Assembly: GCF_009914755.1 (NCBI RefSeq)
Contig: NC_060935.1
DNA: 64,000 nt
Direction: 5' to 3' (one strand)
Source of the DNA: the human T2T-CHM13v2.0 reference genome, Homo sapiens
The position numbers were made by a program, and so were the translations under genes. Every line of letters begins with the position of its first letter. Positions within the stretch are counted from its first letter, which is position 1. Below the pieces are notes generated by a model. That model was not told the DNA's origin and did not search any database. It was given only the letters and a program-made list of their open reading frames with translations. Below are positions 51,413-64,000 of the stretch, one piece after another.

Positions 51413-53320
51413 TCTAGTTTTGTATTGAATGGAAGTGACAAAAGCAAGACATCCTTGTCTTGTTCCTAACCTTAGAGGAAAAGCTTTCAGTCTTTCACCA
51501 TAGAGCATGATGCTTGCTATAAGCTTTTATATATGGTCTTTATTATGTTGAGGTAGTTTTCTTCTATTACTAGTTTACTGAGTTTTTTTAATCATCAGAA
51601 GTGTTTAATTTTGTCAGATGTTTTTTCCACATCAATTGAGATGATCACGTGTTTTTATTTCCTTTATTCTACTAATGTCATGTACTACATTGATTGATTT
51701 GTGTATGTTGAAACATCTTTGCATTCTAGGAATAAATTCTACATGGTCATGGTGTATAATCTTTTTAGTATGCTGTTGAATTTGGTTTGCTATATTTTGT
51801 TGAGGATTTTTGTATCAATATTTATCAGGGACACTGGTCTCTAGATTTCTTTTCTTGTGATGTATTTGGCTGGCTTCAGTATGTTATTTTAGGGCAATGC
51901 TCATCTAAAAGAATGAGTTTGGAAGTATTCCCTCCTCTTCAACTTTTTGGAAGAGATTGAGGAGGATTGGTGTTAATTTTTTAAATGTGTGGTAGAATTC
52001 ACCAGTGAAGCCATCTGGTCCTGAGATTTCCTTTGTTGGGAAGTTTTTTATTATTGACTCATTCTATTTAGTAGTTATAAGTCTGGTCAGATTTTCTATT
52101 TCTTCATGATTCAGTCTTTGTAGGTTGTATATTTCTAGGGTCCATTTCATCTAGATTATCCAATTTGTTGATATACAATTGTTCATACTATTCTCTTATA
52201 ATCCTCTTTATTTTTATAAAATTGGTTATAATGTCCTCTCTTTTATTTCCAATTTTAGTTGTGTCCCCTTTCTATTTTTTCATAGTCATTCTAGCTAAAG
52301 GTTTGTCAATTTTGTCAGTCTTTTCTAAGAACTTATTATTGGTTTTGTTGATTATTATTTTCCTATTCTCTATTTTGTTTATCTCTGCCCTAATCTTTAT
52401 TTATTATTTCCTTTCTTCTGCTAGCTTTATGTTTAGTTTGTTCTTCTTTTTCCAGTTCCTTAAAGTATAAATTTAGTTTGTTGATTTGGGATCTTTGTTC
52501 TTTTTAATGTAGCATTTCTAGCCATAAATTTTCCACTTAGCACTGTTTTCACTGCATCTCATAAGTTTGGGGATATGGTGTTTTCATTTTTATATGTCTC
52601 AATTATTTTCTAATTTTCCATGTGATTTCTTGTTAGCCTATTGGTGTTCAAGAATGCATTATTTAATTTCCACATATTTGTGGATTTTCCAGTTTTCCTT
52701 CTGCTATTGATTTCTTGTTTTATTTCATTGTGATCGGAGAAGATATTTTGTATGATTTCAATCTTTCTAAATGTATTAAGATTTGCTTTGTGGCCTAACA
52801 TATGGTCTACCCTGGAGAGTGCTCCATGTGCACTTGGGAAAAATGTGCTTCAGCTGTTGTTCAATGGAATGTTCTTCATATGTCGAGTAGGTCCAACTGG
52901 TGTGCAGTGTTGTTCAGGACCTCTATTTCCTTATTAATCTCCTGTCAGTGTTTATGTAGATTTTTCTATTTGCTCACATATTTACTTTACCAGTACTCTT
53001 CATTTCTCTATGTGGATTTGAGTTACTATAAAGTTTCATTCCCTTCAGTCTAAAGAAATCTCTTTAATATTTTTTGTAACACAAGCATGATAGCAATACA
53101 TTTTTTTCAATTGTTATTAATTTAGCAATATCTTTATGTCAACTTTTGTTTAAAGAATAGGTTTGCTGAATATAAAATTCTTGATTGACTGTTGTTGTTT
53201 TTATTGCTTTAATGGCATCAGTGTCACTTCACCACTTTCTGGCCTTCATTGTTTCTGATGGAAAGTTATTAATTGTATTATTGTTCCCTGTATGTGATAA
53301 GTCATTTTTCTCTTGTTCTT

Positions 53321-53848
53321 TGTGATCATTAATCTTGGCTATGCTATGGTTGCCAGTTGTTTGGTCAACTGCTAGTCTAGATGTCACTGTGAAGGTATTC
53401 TTGGATGTAATTCACATTTCCGATCAACTGACTTTAGGAAGATTACCCTCCATAATGTGGGTGGGCTTTATCCAATCAGTTAATGGTTTAACAAGAAAAA
53501 ACTAAGGTTCTCCAAAGAATAATGAATTCTGTCTCAAGAATGCAACGTAGAAGTTCTGCCTAGGTTTCCAACTTGATGTCCTGCTCTGCAGATTTGGACT
53601 TGCCAACCCTCATAATCACATGATCTAATTCCCTAAAATAAATATTTTACTCTCTGTATACACATGGGTAAGTTTAAGGTTGAACTTAAGTTCTGTCTTG
53701 GACAACCAGGCTCAGTAGGCTTTTCACCTCTATTGGGATAGATAGATAAGTTAATATAGATATAGGTGTAGATAAAGATGCCAACATAGATATAGATGAT
53801 ATAGATCACCTATTGTTTCTATTTCTCCAGAAAAGCCTCCATAATACA
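53321..53848 (+). mobile_element. MLT2 LTR (5' LTR of the ERVL)
   Basis: Starts tgtgatcattaat; contains gattaccctccataatgtgggtgggc..atccaatcagt; ends taataca and is followed by PBS-like gatgtttggtgc. Confidence 0.85.
53665..53732 (-). other. Short NUMT: mitochondrial 16S rRNA (MT-RNR2) fragment
   Basis: Reverse complement TAGAGGTGAAAAGCCTACTGAGCCTGG-TTGTCCAAGACAGAACTTAAGTTCAACCTTAAACTTACCCA aligns to the recalled mt 16S segment TAGAGGCGACAAACCTACCGAGCCTGGTGATAGCTGGTTGTCCAAGATAGAATCTTAGTTCAACTTTAAATTTGCCCA. Confidence 0.8.
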
Positions 53849-54057
53849 GATGTTTGGTGCTAAGATTGGTTCTTGAAGAACAGAATCTTAAGGGTGAGTT
53901 ATCAGAGTTGGTTCTGAGGTTTCTGGAATCCGTCTTCCAGTAGTAAAAAGAGCATTGATAGTTCATGTCATGAGGTGGCAATAGAGACAGGCACAATATA
54001 AGCATTGGCTCCTCCTAACCAAACATGTATAAGCGGCAAGGTTCTGGTAACCTTGTG

Positions 54058-54708
54058 CAGTCATGCACTGCCTAACATTTCAGTCAGTGATGGACTGCAC
54101 ATACAATGATGTTCCCATAAAGTTTTTTTCTTTTCTTTTTGAGACAGGGTCTTTCTCTGTCACCCAGGCTAAAGTGCAGTGACACAATTACAGCTCACTG
54201 CAGCTTTGACCTTCTGGGCTCAAGCAATCCTCCCACCTCAGCCTGCTGGGTTGCTGAGACCACAGGCACATGCCACATGCCTGGCTAATTTTTGTTGTTG
54301 TTGGTGTTGTTGTTGAGGCAAGGTCTTGTATATTGCCCAGGCTTGTCTCAAACTCCTGGGTTTAAGTAATCCTCCTGCCTTGGCCTCCCAAAGTTCTGGG
54401 ATTATAGGTGTGAACCACTGTGCTTGGCTCCCATAAGATCAAAACACTGTATCTTTACTGTACTTTGTCTATCAGACATGTTGAGATACACAAATACTTA
54501 CCATTGTGTTACAGTTGCCCACAGTATTCAGTAGTCACGTGTTGTACAAGTTTGTGGCCTAGGAGCAATAAGCTGTACCATATAGCCTAGGTGTGTAATA
54601 GGCTATGCCATCTAGGTGTGTGTAAGCATGTTCTGATAATCACACAATGAAACCATCTAATGACACATTTCTCAGGACATATCCCCATCTTTAAGCAACA
54701 CATGACTG
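54058..54708 (+). mobile_element. Tigger3-derived element containing an AluJ
   Basis: TIRs cagtcatg...catgactg followed by TA. Confidence 0.8.
54123..54429 (-). mobile_element. AluJ
   Basis: Alu dimer flanked by tcccataa duplication. Confidence 0.9.
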
Positions 54709-54982
54709 TATTTGATACAATAGAACATTTTTGTCAAACTAAGGAGTATAATGACTTTGACCAGTATCTCCTAATCACACTGGACAATGTGGGGAGGAAG
54801 AAAAGATGTGCTCAAGGACTCAGATTTCCAGCTTAAGCACTGCATAAATGACCTGAAAGTTTCTATATCTGTCCTGAAAGAATCTCATATCTCCTCTAGC
54901 CACAGAGCTGAGATTGCTGAAAACCAAGCCCAGAGTCTCATCCTATGAATAGCTGAACTACAACACAAGTTGAATTCCCAAC

Positions 54983-55349
54983 TCTGTTCATCTGATTGAG
55001 CTGCTATAACAAAATACTTTCGATTGGGAAATTTATAAGCAATAGACATGTATTTCTCACAGTTCTGGAGGCTGGCAAGTCCAAGATCAAGACACTTGTA
55101 GATTCGGTATCTAGTGAGGACTCACTCTCTGCACCACAGACCGTGCCTTGTTGCTGCATCCTCACACAATGGAAGGGCAAGTCAGCCCACTTCAACCTCT
55201 TTTATAAGGACATGCATTCCATTCATGAGGGCAGAACCCTCCTGACTTAATCGCTACCCAAAGGCCCCACCTCTTATACTATCATACTGGGGATTAAGTT
55301 CCAACATATGAATTTGGGGAAAGGAGACATCAGCATTTAGACCACAGCA
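54983..55349 (-). mobile_element. MLT1A/MST-type solo LTR inside the ERVL
   Basis: gctgctataacaaaatac...ctcacagttctggaggctggcaagtccaagatcaag; 5-bp TSD ccaac. Confidence 0.85.
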
Positions 55350-55985
55350 CCAACCTAGCAAGATGTCTGCTGTTAAAGTGAAGGCCTTGATTGGGAAGTA
55401 GTGGGATCTGAAAATTGGAATAAGACATATGGAAAGATCCTCATGAAGGTGGGAATGTTGAAACTCAAATTCTTCTGAGTCTTTCTTGCCAGTAGAAGTT
55501 CTTTCATCCTCATTGGAGGAGATTAACCCTGCTCTGCCTGAGGAACCTGTAATGGGCCTTCTGAGTCATCTACTGCCAAGTCTCCTTGGAACCCATCCCC
55601 ACCACCCCTTTTTTCTTCTAGACCTATAAGTACATTCAAGTCCAGCATTCCCTAAAAGGTGAAGCACAAAGTGTGACCAACAAGGAGGTGAGCTACATTC
55701 CAAAAGAATGACATGTTTTTCAAATTTATACAGACAGAAATGTAGGGAATGTGTGGAAAGAGATATTAAGGATGAGGGAGAATGGTGGAAGGAACATAAA
55801 GTTGGGTCATGACAATTTTATGGATATGGGCCTATGAAGCAAAGGTTCTAGACATAATGCTATAGCTCAGAGATCATGAAAGAGCTCTAAACCATGTGTT
55901 TTGTTGGTTGGCTGCAACATGGAACAAAGTGTGGGGTACACTAAATGAAGCTGAAATGCCAGAGCTGCTCTTCTGTACTGTAGAA

Positions 55986-56317
55986 CAGGAGTCCCCAACC
56001 CCTGGACTGGTCTATGGCCTGTTAGGAACCGGGTTGCACAGCAGGAGGTGAGCAGGGTGGAGGCAAGAAAGTGAGCTTTACTGCCTGAACTCCACCTCCT
56101 GTCAGATCAACAGTTACATTACATTCTCATAGGAGCATGAACCTTATTGTGAACTGTGCATGCGAGGGATCTTGGTCGCTTGCTCCTTATGAGAATCTAA
56201 TGCCTGATTATCTGAGATGGGACAGTTTCATCCGGAAACCACCCCACTAACCCCCATCCATGGAAAAATTGTCTTCCATGAAACCAGACCCTGGCACCAA
56301 AAAGTTGGGGACCACTG
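55986..56317 (+). mobile_element. MER1B hAT-Charlie DNA transposon
   Basis: TIRs caggagtccccaac / gttggggaccactg; 8-bp TSD ctgtagaa / ctgtagag. Confidence 0.9.
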
Positions 56318-59300
56318 CTGTAGAGGAAAGGGTCCAAAGGCTCAGGGATGTTAGAATGTTAATATGGGCTCATCATGTAAGACCTGCTCAGCCAGCGCTG
56401 GGTCCAGAGGACAAACCTGTCACCACACTGTGAGAAATAAATTTGCAAGAGGAGCCCCAGGATTTTTGAAGAGCTCTGTAGTCACTCTTCTCTGCAGGTC
56501 ATAAATTGCAGAGAGAGCTCCTGCCACTGAATTGGGAAACCTAAATGAAATGAAGATAATTGGATCCTGGGATGGCAGGGCCAAGTGGTGACATAATCAC
56601 CAAAGGCAAGGTGAGTGTGGTTAGTGGAATACAGAGCAGAGTCAAAGCAGTGATAAAAACAGTCTGGCTCACAGAGACTGTGACATTGTCTGGTTGTTCA
56701 CGATGTCCCTAGTCTGCTGAACTTGCATTTGATTTGTATAAGTGGAAGACTTCTAGGCCAAGTAGACAGAAGTCTAACTTGAATCATAAAAACAGAGAGT
56801 CACAACCCCTTTGTCAATTCCCAGACTTGAACCAGTGTACAAAACAAGAACCCCTTGAATGAAGGACAGGCCAGATTCTCCTGAGGAAGGATCCCACTCC
56901 ATAGCCAAAAATGCATACTGTTAATTTTTCTCCCCTGCCAACTATAGCCCTTTACTGGAGTAACAGTGCATTAGGGGAAAGAAAATAGACTTTTCAGGGA
57001 TTATTGAACACTGGTGCTGAGCTGATACTAATTCTAAGAGACTCAGAAAGTCATTGTGGTAGATGAGTTAACATAGGGGTTTACAGAGGTCAGGTGATTA
57101 ATGGAGTTTTACTTCAGATCTATCTCACAACAGATAAGATGGGCCCTTGAACCTATTCTATGATTATTTTTCCAGTTCCACTATGTATAATTGGAAGAGA
57201 GATACTTAGTAACTGGCAGAGTCCCCATATTGGCTTCCTGACCAGTGGAGTGAGGGCTATTATGGTAGGAAACGTCAAGTAGAAGCCCCTAGAACAGCCT
57301 CTACCTAGGAAAATAGTAAGCAAAAAACAACACTATTTAATACATTCCTGGAGGGATTGCAGAGATTAGTGCCACCACCAAGATCTTGAAGAGGAATGCA
57401 AAGGTGGCAATTCCCACCCCATCCTCATTCAACTTGCCAGGTTAGCCTATGCAGAAGGAAGGTGGGTTTTGGAGAATGACAGTAGATTCTCATAAGCTTA
57501 ACCAGGTGGCGACTCCAATTACAGCTGCTGCCCCAGATGTGGTTTCATCGCTTGAGCAAATTAACACATTCCCTTGTATCTGATATGAAGAAATTGATCT
57601 GGCAAGTAATTTTTTCCTCAAAACCTGTTAGTAAAAACCATCAGAAGCAGTTCTGCCACATGGGTCATATGATCCAGCAGATTCAATGGCGCTCGAAGTG
57701 TCAGTGGCAGATAGGGATGCTGTTTGGAGCCTTTCACAGGCCTCTATGGGGGAATCACAGTGTGAATCATCAGGATTTGGGAGCAAGATTTGCCATTATC
57801 TGTAGACAACTTGTCTCCTTTTGAGAAACAGCTTTTGGCGTACTACTGGACCTTATTAAAGACTGAGTGCTTAACCATGAACTAACAATTTACCATGCAA
57901 CCTAATCTGCCCATCATGACCTGGGTGTTGTCTGGCTTACCAAGCCCTTAAATTGGGTGTGCACAGCAGCACTCCATCATCAGTGAAAGTGGTATAGTTG
58001 AGATCAGGCTCAAACAGGCCTTGAAGGCCCAAAAAAGCACATGAGGAAGTGGTTCAAATGCCCATGTTCTCCACTCCAGCTCCACTGCCTTCTCTCTCCC
58101 AGTCCACATGTATTTCCTTATGGGGAGTTCCCTGTGATCAGTTGGCAGAGGAAGAGAAAACTCAGGACTGGTTTACAGATCATTCTGTACAAGTATGCAG
58201 GCCTCACCCAAAAGTGGACGCTGTGGCACCACAGCTCTTCTGTGGCACATCCCTGAAGGACAATGGTGAAGGGAAATCCTTCAAGTGGGCAGAATTTTGA
58301 CCTGTGCAGCTGGTTTTTCACTTTGCTTGGGAGGAAAAATGGCCAGACATGTGATTATATACCAGTCGATGGGCGGTGGCCAATAGTGTGGTTAGATGGT
58401 CAGGGTCTTGGAAGAAATATGATTGAAAAATTGGTGACAAGGAGGTCTAGAGAAGAGGTATACAGATAGACCTCTCTGAGTGGGCAAAAGCCGTGAAGAT
58501 ACTTATGTCTCATGTGAATGCTCACTAAACGATGAGCTGAGCAGAGGAAGATTTTAATAATCAAATGGATAGGATGATCCACTGTATGGATTCCAGGCAA
58601 TTTGTTTCCCCAGTCACCCCTATCATCATCAAATGAGCTCATGGACAAGTGGCCGGGGTGGTAGGGATTAAGGTTTTTATGCATGGGATCAGCAAAATGG
58701 ACTTCCACTCACCAAGACCAACCTGGCTACAGACACAGTTGGTGCCCAATCTGCCAGCAGCCGATTGAGTCCTGATGTGGTGCCAACACTGAGTCCTGAT
58801 GTGGTGCCATTCTCCTGACCACCCACCTATCTGGCAGGCTGATTACAATGGCCTACTTCCACCATGGAATGGGTAGTGTTTTGTTCTTACTGGACTAGAC
58901 ATTTACTCTGGATACAGATTTGCCTTCCCTGCACTCAATGCTTCTGCCAAAACTGCCATTTATGGACTCATAAAATGTCTTATCCACCATCATGGTATTC
59001 CACATAGCATTGTTTCTGATCAAGTAACTCAGTTCCTAACAAAAGAAGTGTGGCCCATTCTCATGGTGTTCACTGATATAACCATGTTCTCCACCATCCT
59101 GACACAGCTAGATTTGATAGAAAAGTGGAATGGACTTTTGAAGACTCAGTTACAGTGCCAGCTAGGTGGAAATACCTTGCAGGCATAAGGCAGCGTTCCT
59201 CAGGAAGCTGTATATTTTCTAAATCAGCATCCCAAATATGGTGCTATTTCTTTCATAGGCATGGTTCATAGGTCTAGGAATTGAGGTATGGAAATGGGAG

Positions 59301-59710
59301 TGGCACCATTCACTATCACCCCTAGTGACCTACCAGAAAAATTTTGCTTCCTAGCCCTATGACATTGTGCTCTGCTGGCACAGAGGCCTCTTAATTCTGG
59401 AGGGAGGAATGCATCCACCAGGAGTCACAACGATTTCCTTCAACAGAAAGTTCATGGCCACCCAACCACTTTGGGCTTCTCATGCCTCTGCATCAACAGG
59501 CAAAGGAGGGAGTTACTATACTGGCTTCAGAGACTGATCTTAATTACCAAGAAAATGCTGGATTCTACTCCACAATTGAGGTAAAGAAGAATATTATGGA
59601 ATATGGGAGTTCTTTAGGATGTCCCTTAGTAGTCCTATGCCCTGTGATTAAAGCCTATGGAAAATTACAACAACCCAGTTCAGGCAAGTCTACTAATGGC
59701 CCAGACCTTT

Positions 59711-61350
<1,640 letters not shown>

Positions 61351-61351
61351 C

Positions 61352-61678
61352 CAGTCATCCCTCAGTGGAGGATTAGATTCAGGGATGCCTGTGGATACCA
61401 AAATCCACAGACTGAATTCCCTTCTATAAATCGTGTACTACTTGCATATAACCTGTGCACATCCTCCCATATATTGTGTAATCTCTAGATTATTTATAAT
61501 ACCTAATAAAATGTAAATGCTGTGTAATCTTTGTTATACTCTATTGTTTAGGGAATAATGACAAGAAAGGTCTGTGCATGTTCAGCACAGACACAACCAT
61601 CCATTTTTTTCTGAATATATTTGATCTGCAGTTGGTTGACTTCATGAATGCAGAACCCACAGATACAGAGGGTCGTGT
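61352..61678 (+). mobile_element. MER2 DNA transposon
   Basis: cagtcatccctcag...gtggataccaaaatccacaga...atctctagattatttataatacctaata. Confidence 0.8.
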
Positions 61679-61834
61679 GTGTGTGTGTGTGTGTGTACAC
61701 AAAGCTATGTAATAAATGACATTGCAGCTTCTATCTTGCTTTTTCAGATTTCTTGATTTTAGGAAACTTGATGACTTTAATCCAAGTAGTCCTGTGGTGA
61801 GGTGCACATGGAGAGTAACTGAGGCCTCCCACCT

Positions 61835-63370
61835 AGAAAGTCAATGGTAGCTTGATGAGAATAGCATTGAATCTACAAATTACTTTGTGCATTATGGCCA
61901 TTTTAACGATATTGATTCTTCCTACCCATGAGCATGGAATGTTCTTCCATTTGTTTATGTCCTCTCTTATTTCCTTAGCAGTGGTTTGTAGTTCTCCTTG
62001 AAGAGGTCCTTCACATCCCTTGTAAGTTGTATTCCTAGGTATTTTTTTCTCTTTGTACCAATTGTGAATGGGAGTTCACTCATGATTTGGCTCTCTGTTT
62101 GTCTTTTATTAGTATATAGGAATGCTTGTGATTTTTGCACATTGATTTTGTATCCTGAGACTTTGCTGAAGTTGCTTATCAGCTTAAGGAGTTTTGGGGC
62201 TGAGACGATGGGGTTTTCTAAATATACAATCAAGTCATCTGCAAACAGAGACAATTTGACTTCCTGACTTCCTATTTGAATACGCTTTACTTCTTTCTCT
62301 TGCCTGATTGCCCTGGCCAGAACCTCCAACACTATGTTGAATAGGAGTGGTGAGAGAGGGCATCCTTGTCTTGGGCTGGTTTTCAAAGGGAATGCTTCCA
62401 GCTTTTGCCCATTCAGTATGATATTGGCTGTGGGTTTGTCATAAATAGCTCTTATTATTTTGATATATGTTCCATCAATACCTAGTTTATTAAGTGTTTT
62501 TAGCGTGAAGGGGTGTTGAATTTTATTGAAGGCCTTTTCTGCATCTATTGAGATAATCATGTGGTTTTGTCATTGGTTCTGTTTATGTGATGGGTTACGT
62601 TTATAGATATGCGTATGTTGAACCAGCCTTGCATCCCAGGGATGAATCCGACTTGATTGTGGTGGATAAGCTTTCTGATGTGTTCCTGGATTCAGTTTGC
62701 CAGTATTTTATTGAGGATTTTTGCATCAATGTTCATCAGGAATATTGGCCTGAAATTTTCTTTTCTTGTTGCGTCACTGCCAGGTTTTGGTGTCAGGATG
62801 ATGCTGGCCTTGTAAAATGAGTTAGGGAGGAGTCCCTCTTTTTCTATTGTTTGGAATAGTTTCAGAAGGAATGGTACCAGCTCATCTTTATGCCTCTGGT
62901 AGAATTCGTCTGTGAGTCCACCTGGTCCTGGGCTTTTTTTGGTTGATAGGCTATTAATTACTGTTTCAATTTCAGAACTTGTTATTTGTCTATTCAGGGA
63001 TTCAACTTCTTCCTGGTTTAGTTTTGGAAGGGTGTATGTATCCAGGAATTTATCCATTTCTTCTAGATTTTCTAACTTACTTGCATATAGGTGTTTATAG
63101 TATTCTGTGATGGTAGCTTGTATTTCTATGGGATCAGTGGTGATATTCCCTTTACCATTTTTTGTTGTGTCTCTTTGATTCTTCTCTCTTTTCTTCTTTA
63201 TTGGTCTAGCTAGACGTCTATTATGTTCATCTTTTCAAATAACCAGATCCTGGGTTCATTGATTTTTTAGGGTTTTTTGTGTCTTTATCTCCTTCAGTTC
63301 TGCTCTGATCTTAGTTATTCCTTGTCTTCTGCTAGCTTTTGAATTTGTTTGCTCTTGCTTCTCTAGTTCT
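61835..63370 (-). mobile_element. L1PA ORF2 internal segment (RT domain) lacking its own 3' end
   Basis: ORFs 61967-62560 (…[16 protein letters not shown]…) and 62692-63057. Confidence 0.9.
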
Positions 63371-63379
63371 TTTATTTTA

Positions 63380-63410
<31 letters not shown>

Positions 63411-64000
63411 ACTTTAAGTTTTAGGATACATGTGCACAATGTTCAGGTTAGTTACATATGTATACATGTGCCATGCTGTTGTGCTGCACCCATTAACTCA
63501 TCATTTAGCATTAGGTATATCTCCTAATGCTATCCCTCACCCCTCCAACCACCCTACAACAGTCCCCAGAGTGTGATGTTCCCCTTCCTGTGTCCATGTG
63601 TTCTCATTGTTCAATTCCCATCTATGAGTGAGAACATGTGGTGTTTGGGTTTTTTGTCCTTGTGATAGTTTACTGAGAATGATGATTTCCAGTTTCATCC
63701 ATGTACCTACAAAGGACATGAACTCATCATTTTTTATGGCTGCATAGTATTCCATGGTATATATGTGCCACATTTTCTTAATCCAGTCTATCATCGTTGG
63801 ACATTTGGGTTGGTTCCAAGTCTTTGCTATTGTGAATAGTGCCACAATAAACATACGTGTACATGTGTCTTTATAGCAGCATGATTTATAGTCCTTTGGG
63901 TATATACCCAGTAATGGAATGGCTGGGTCAAATGGTATTTCTAGTTCTAGATCCCTGAGGAATCGCCACACTGACTTCCACAATGGTTGAACTAGTTTAC
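63371..64000 (-). mobile_element. Younger L1PA (about PA3/4) 3' end inserted into the older L1PA; continues past the window
   Basis: (TAA)n tail, L1PA 3' UTR, and ORF2 C-terminus at 63537-63983. Confidence 0.92.

Larger units (their letters stand above)
46082..52940 (-). mobile_element. L1MA/MB element interrupted by two Alus, the CNN2 retrocopy and MSTA
   Basis: 3' end at ~46082; ORF2 sequence is collinear across the insertions (e.g. WYWYKDR at ~50000). Confidence 0.8.
53849..59710 (+). mobile_element. ERVL (HERVL/ERVL-B4-like) internal region: decayed gag-pro-pol-dUTPase, no 3' LTR
   Basis: Protease motif LLNTGAELIL at 57001-57030; RT start (WRMTVD); RNase H WFTDHS in ORF 58049-58300; integrase remnants; dUTPase-like HFGLLMPLHQQAKEGVTILA near 59470. 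Confidence 0.85.

Overview
Primate, most likely human, nuclear genomic DNA. The only intact protein-coding gene is SPATA19 (spergen-1) on the minus strand: 6 coding exons between 26333 and 29740 giving 167 aa, plus a probable non-coding last exon near 24930-25217. From memory this places the window at human 11q25. The left ~30 kb is GC-richer, mostly unique sequence with old MIR/L2/MaLR repeats, several short local duplications, and a CpG island holding a ~760-bp G-rich minisatellite. The right ~33 kb is an AT-rich nest of transposons: stacked minus-strand L1s (including a full-length L1PB), Alus, DNA transposons, an ERVL provirus remnant and a full-length CNN2 processed pseudogene. I found no convincing new multi-gene biological system. 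The best leads are a ~68-bp mitochondrial 16S rRNA fragment (NUMT) hidden in an ERVL LTR, an upstream ORF whose stop overlaps the SPATA19 start (ATGA), nested LTRs beside the SPATA19 promoter, a G4-type VNTR/CpG island with a candidate first exon, and two fold-back/template-switch scars. Repeat family names and all homology calls come from recalled consensus sequences, not database searches.
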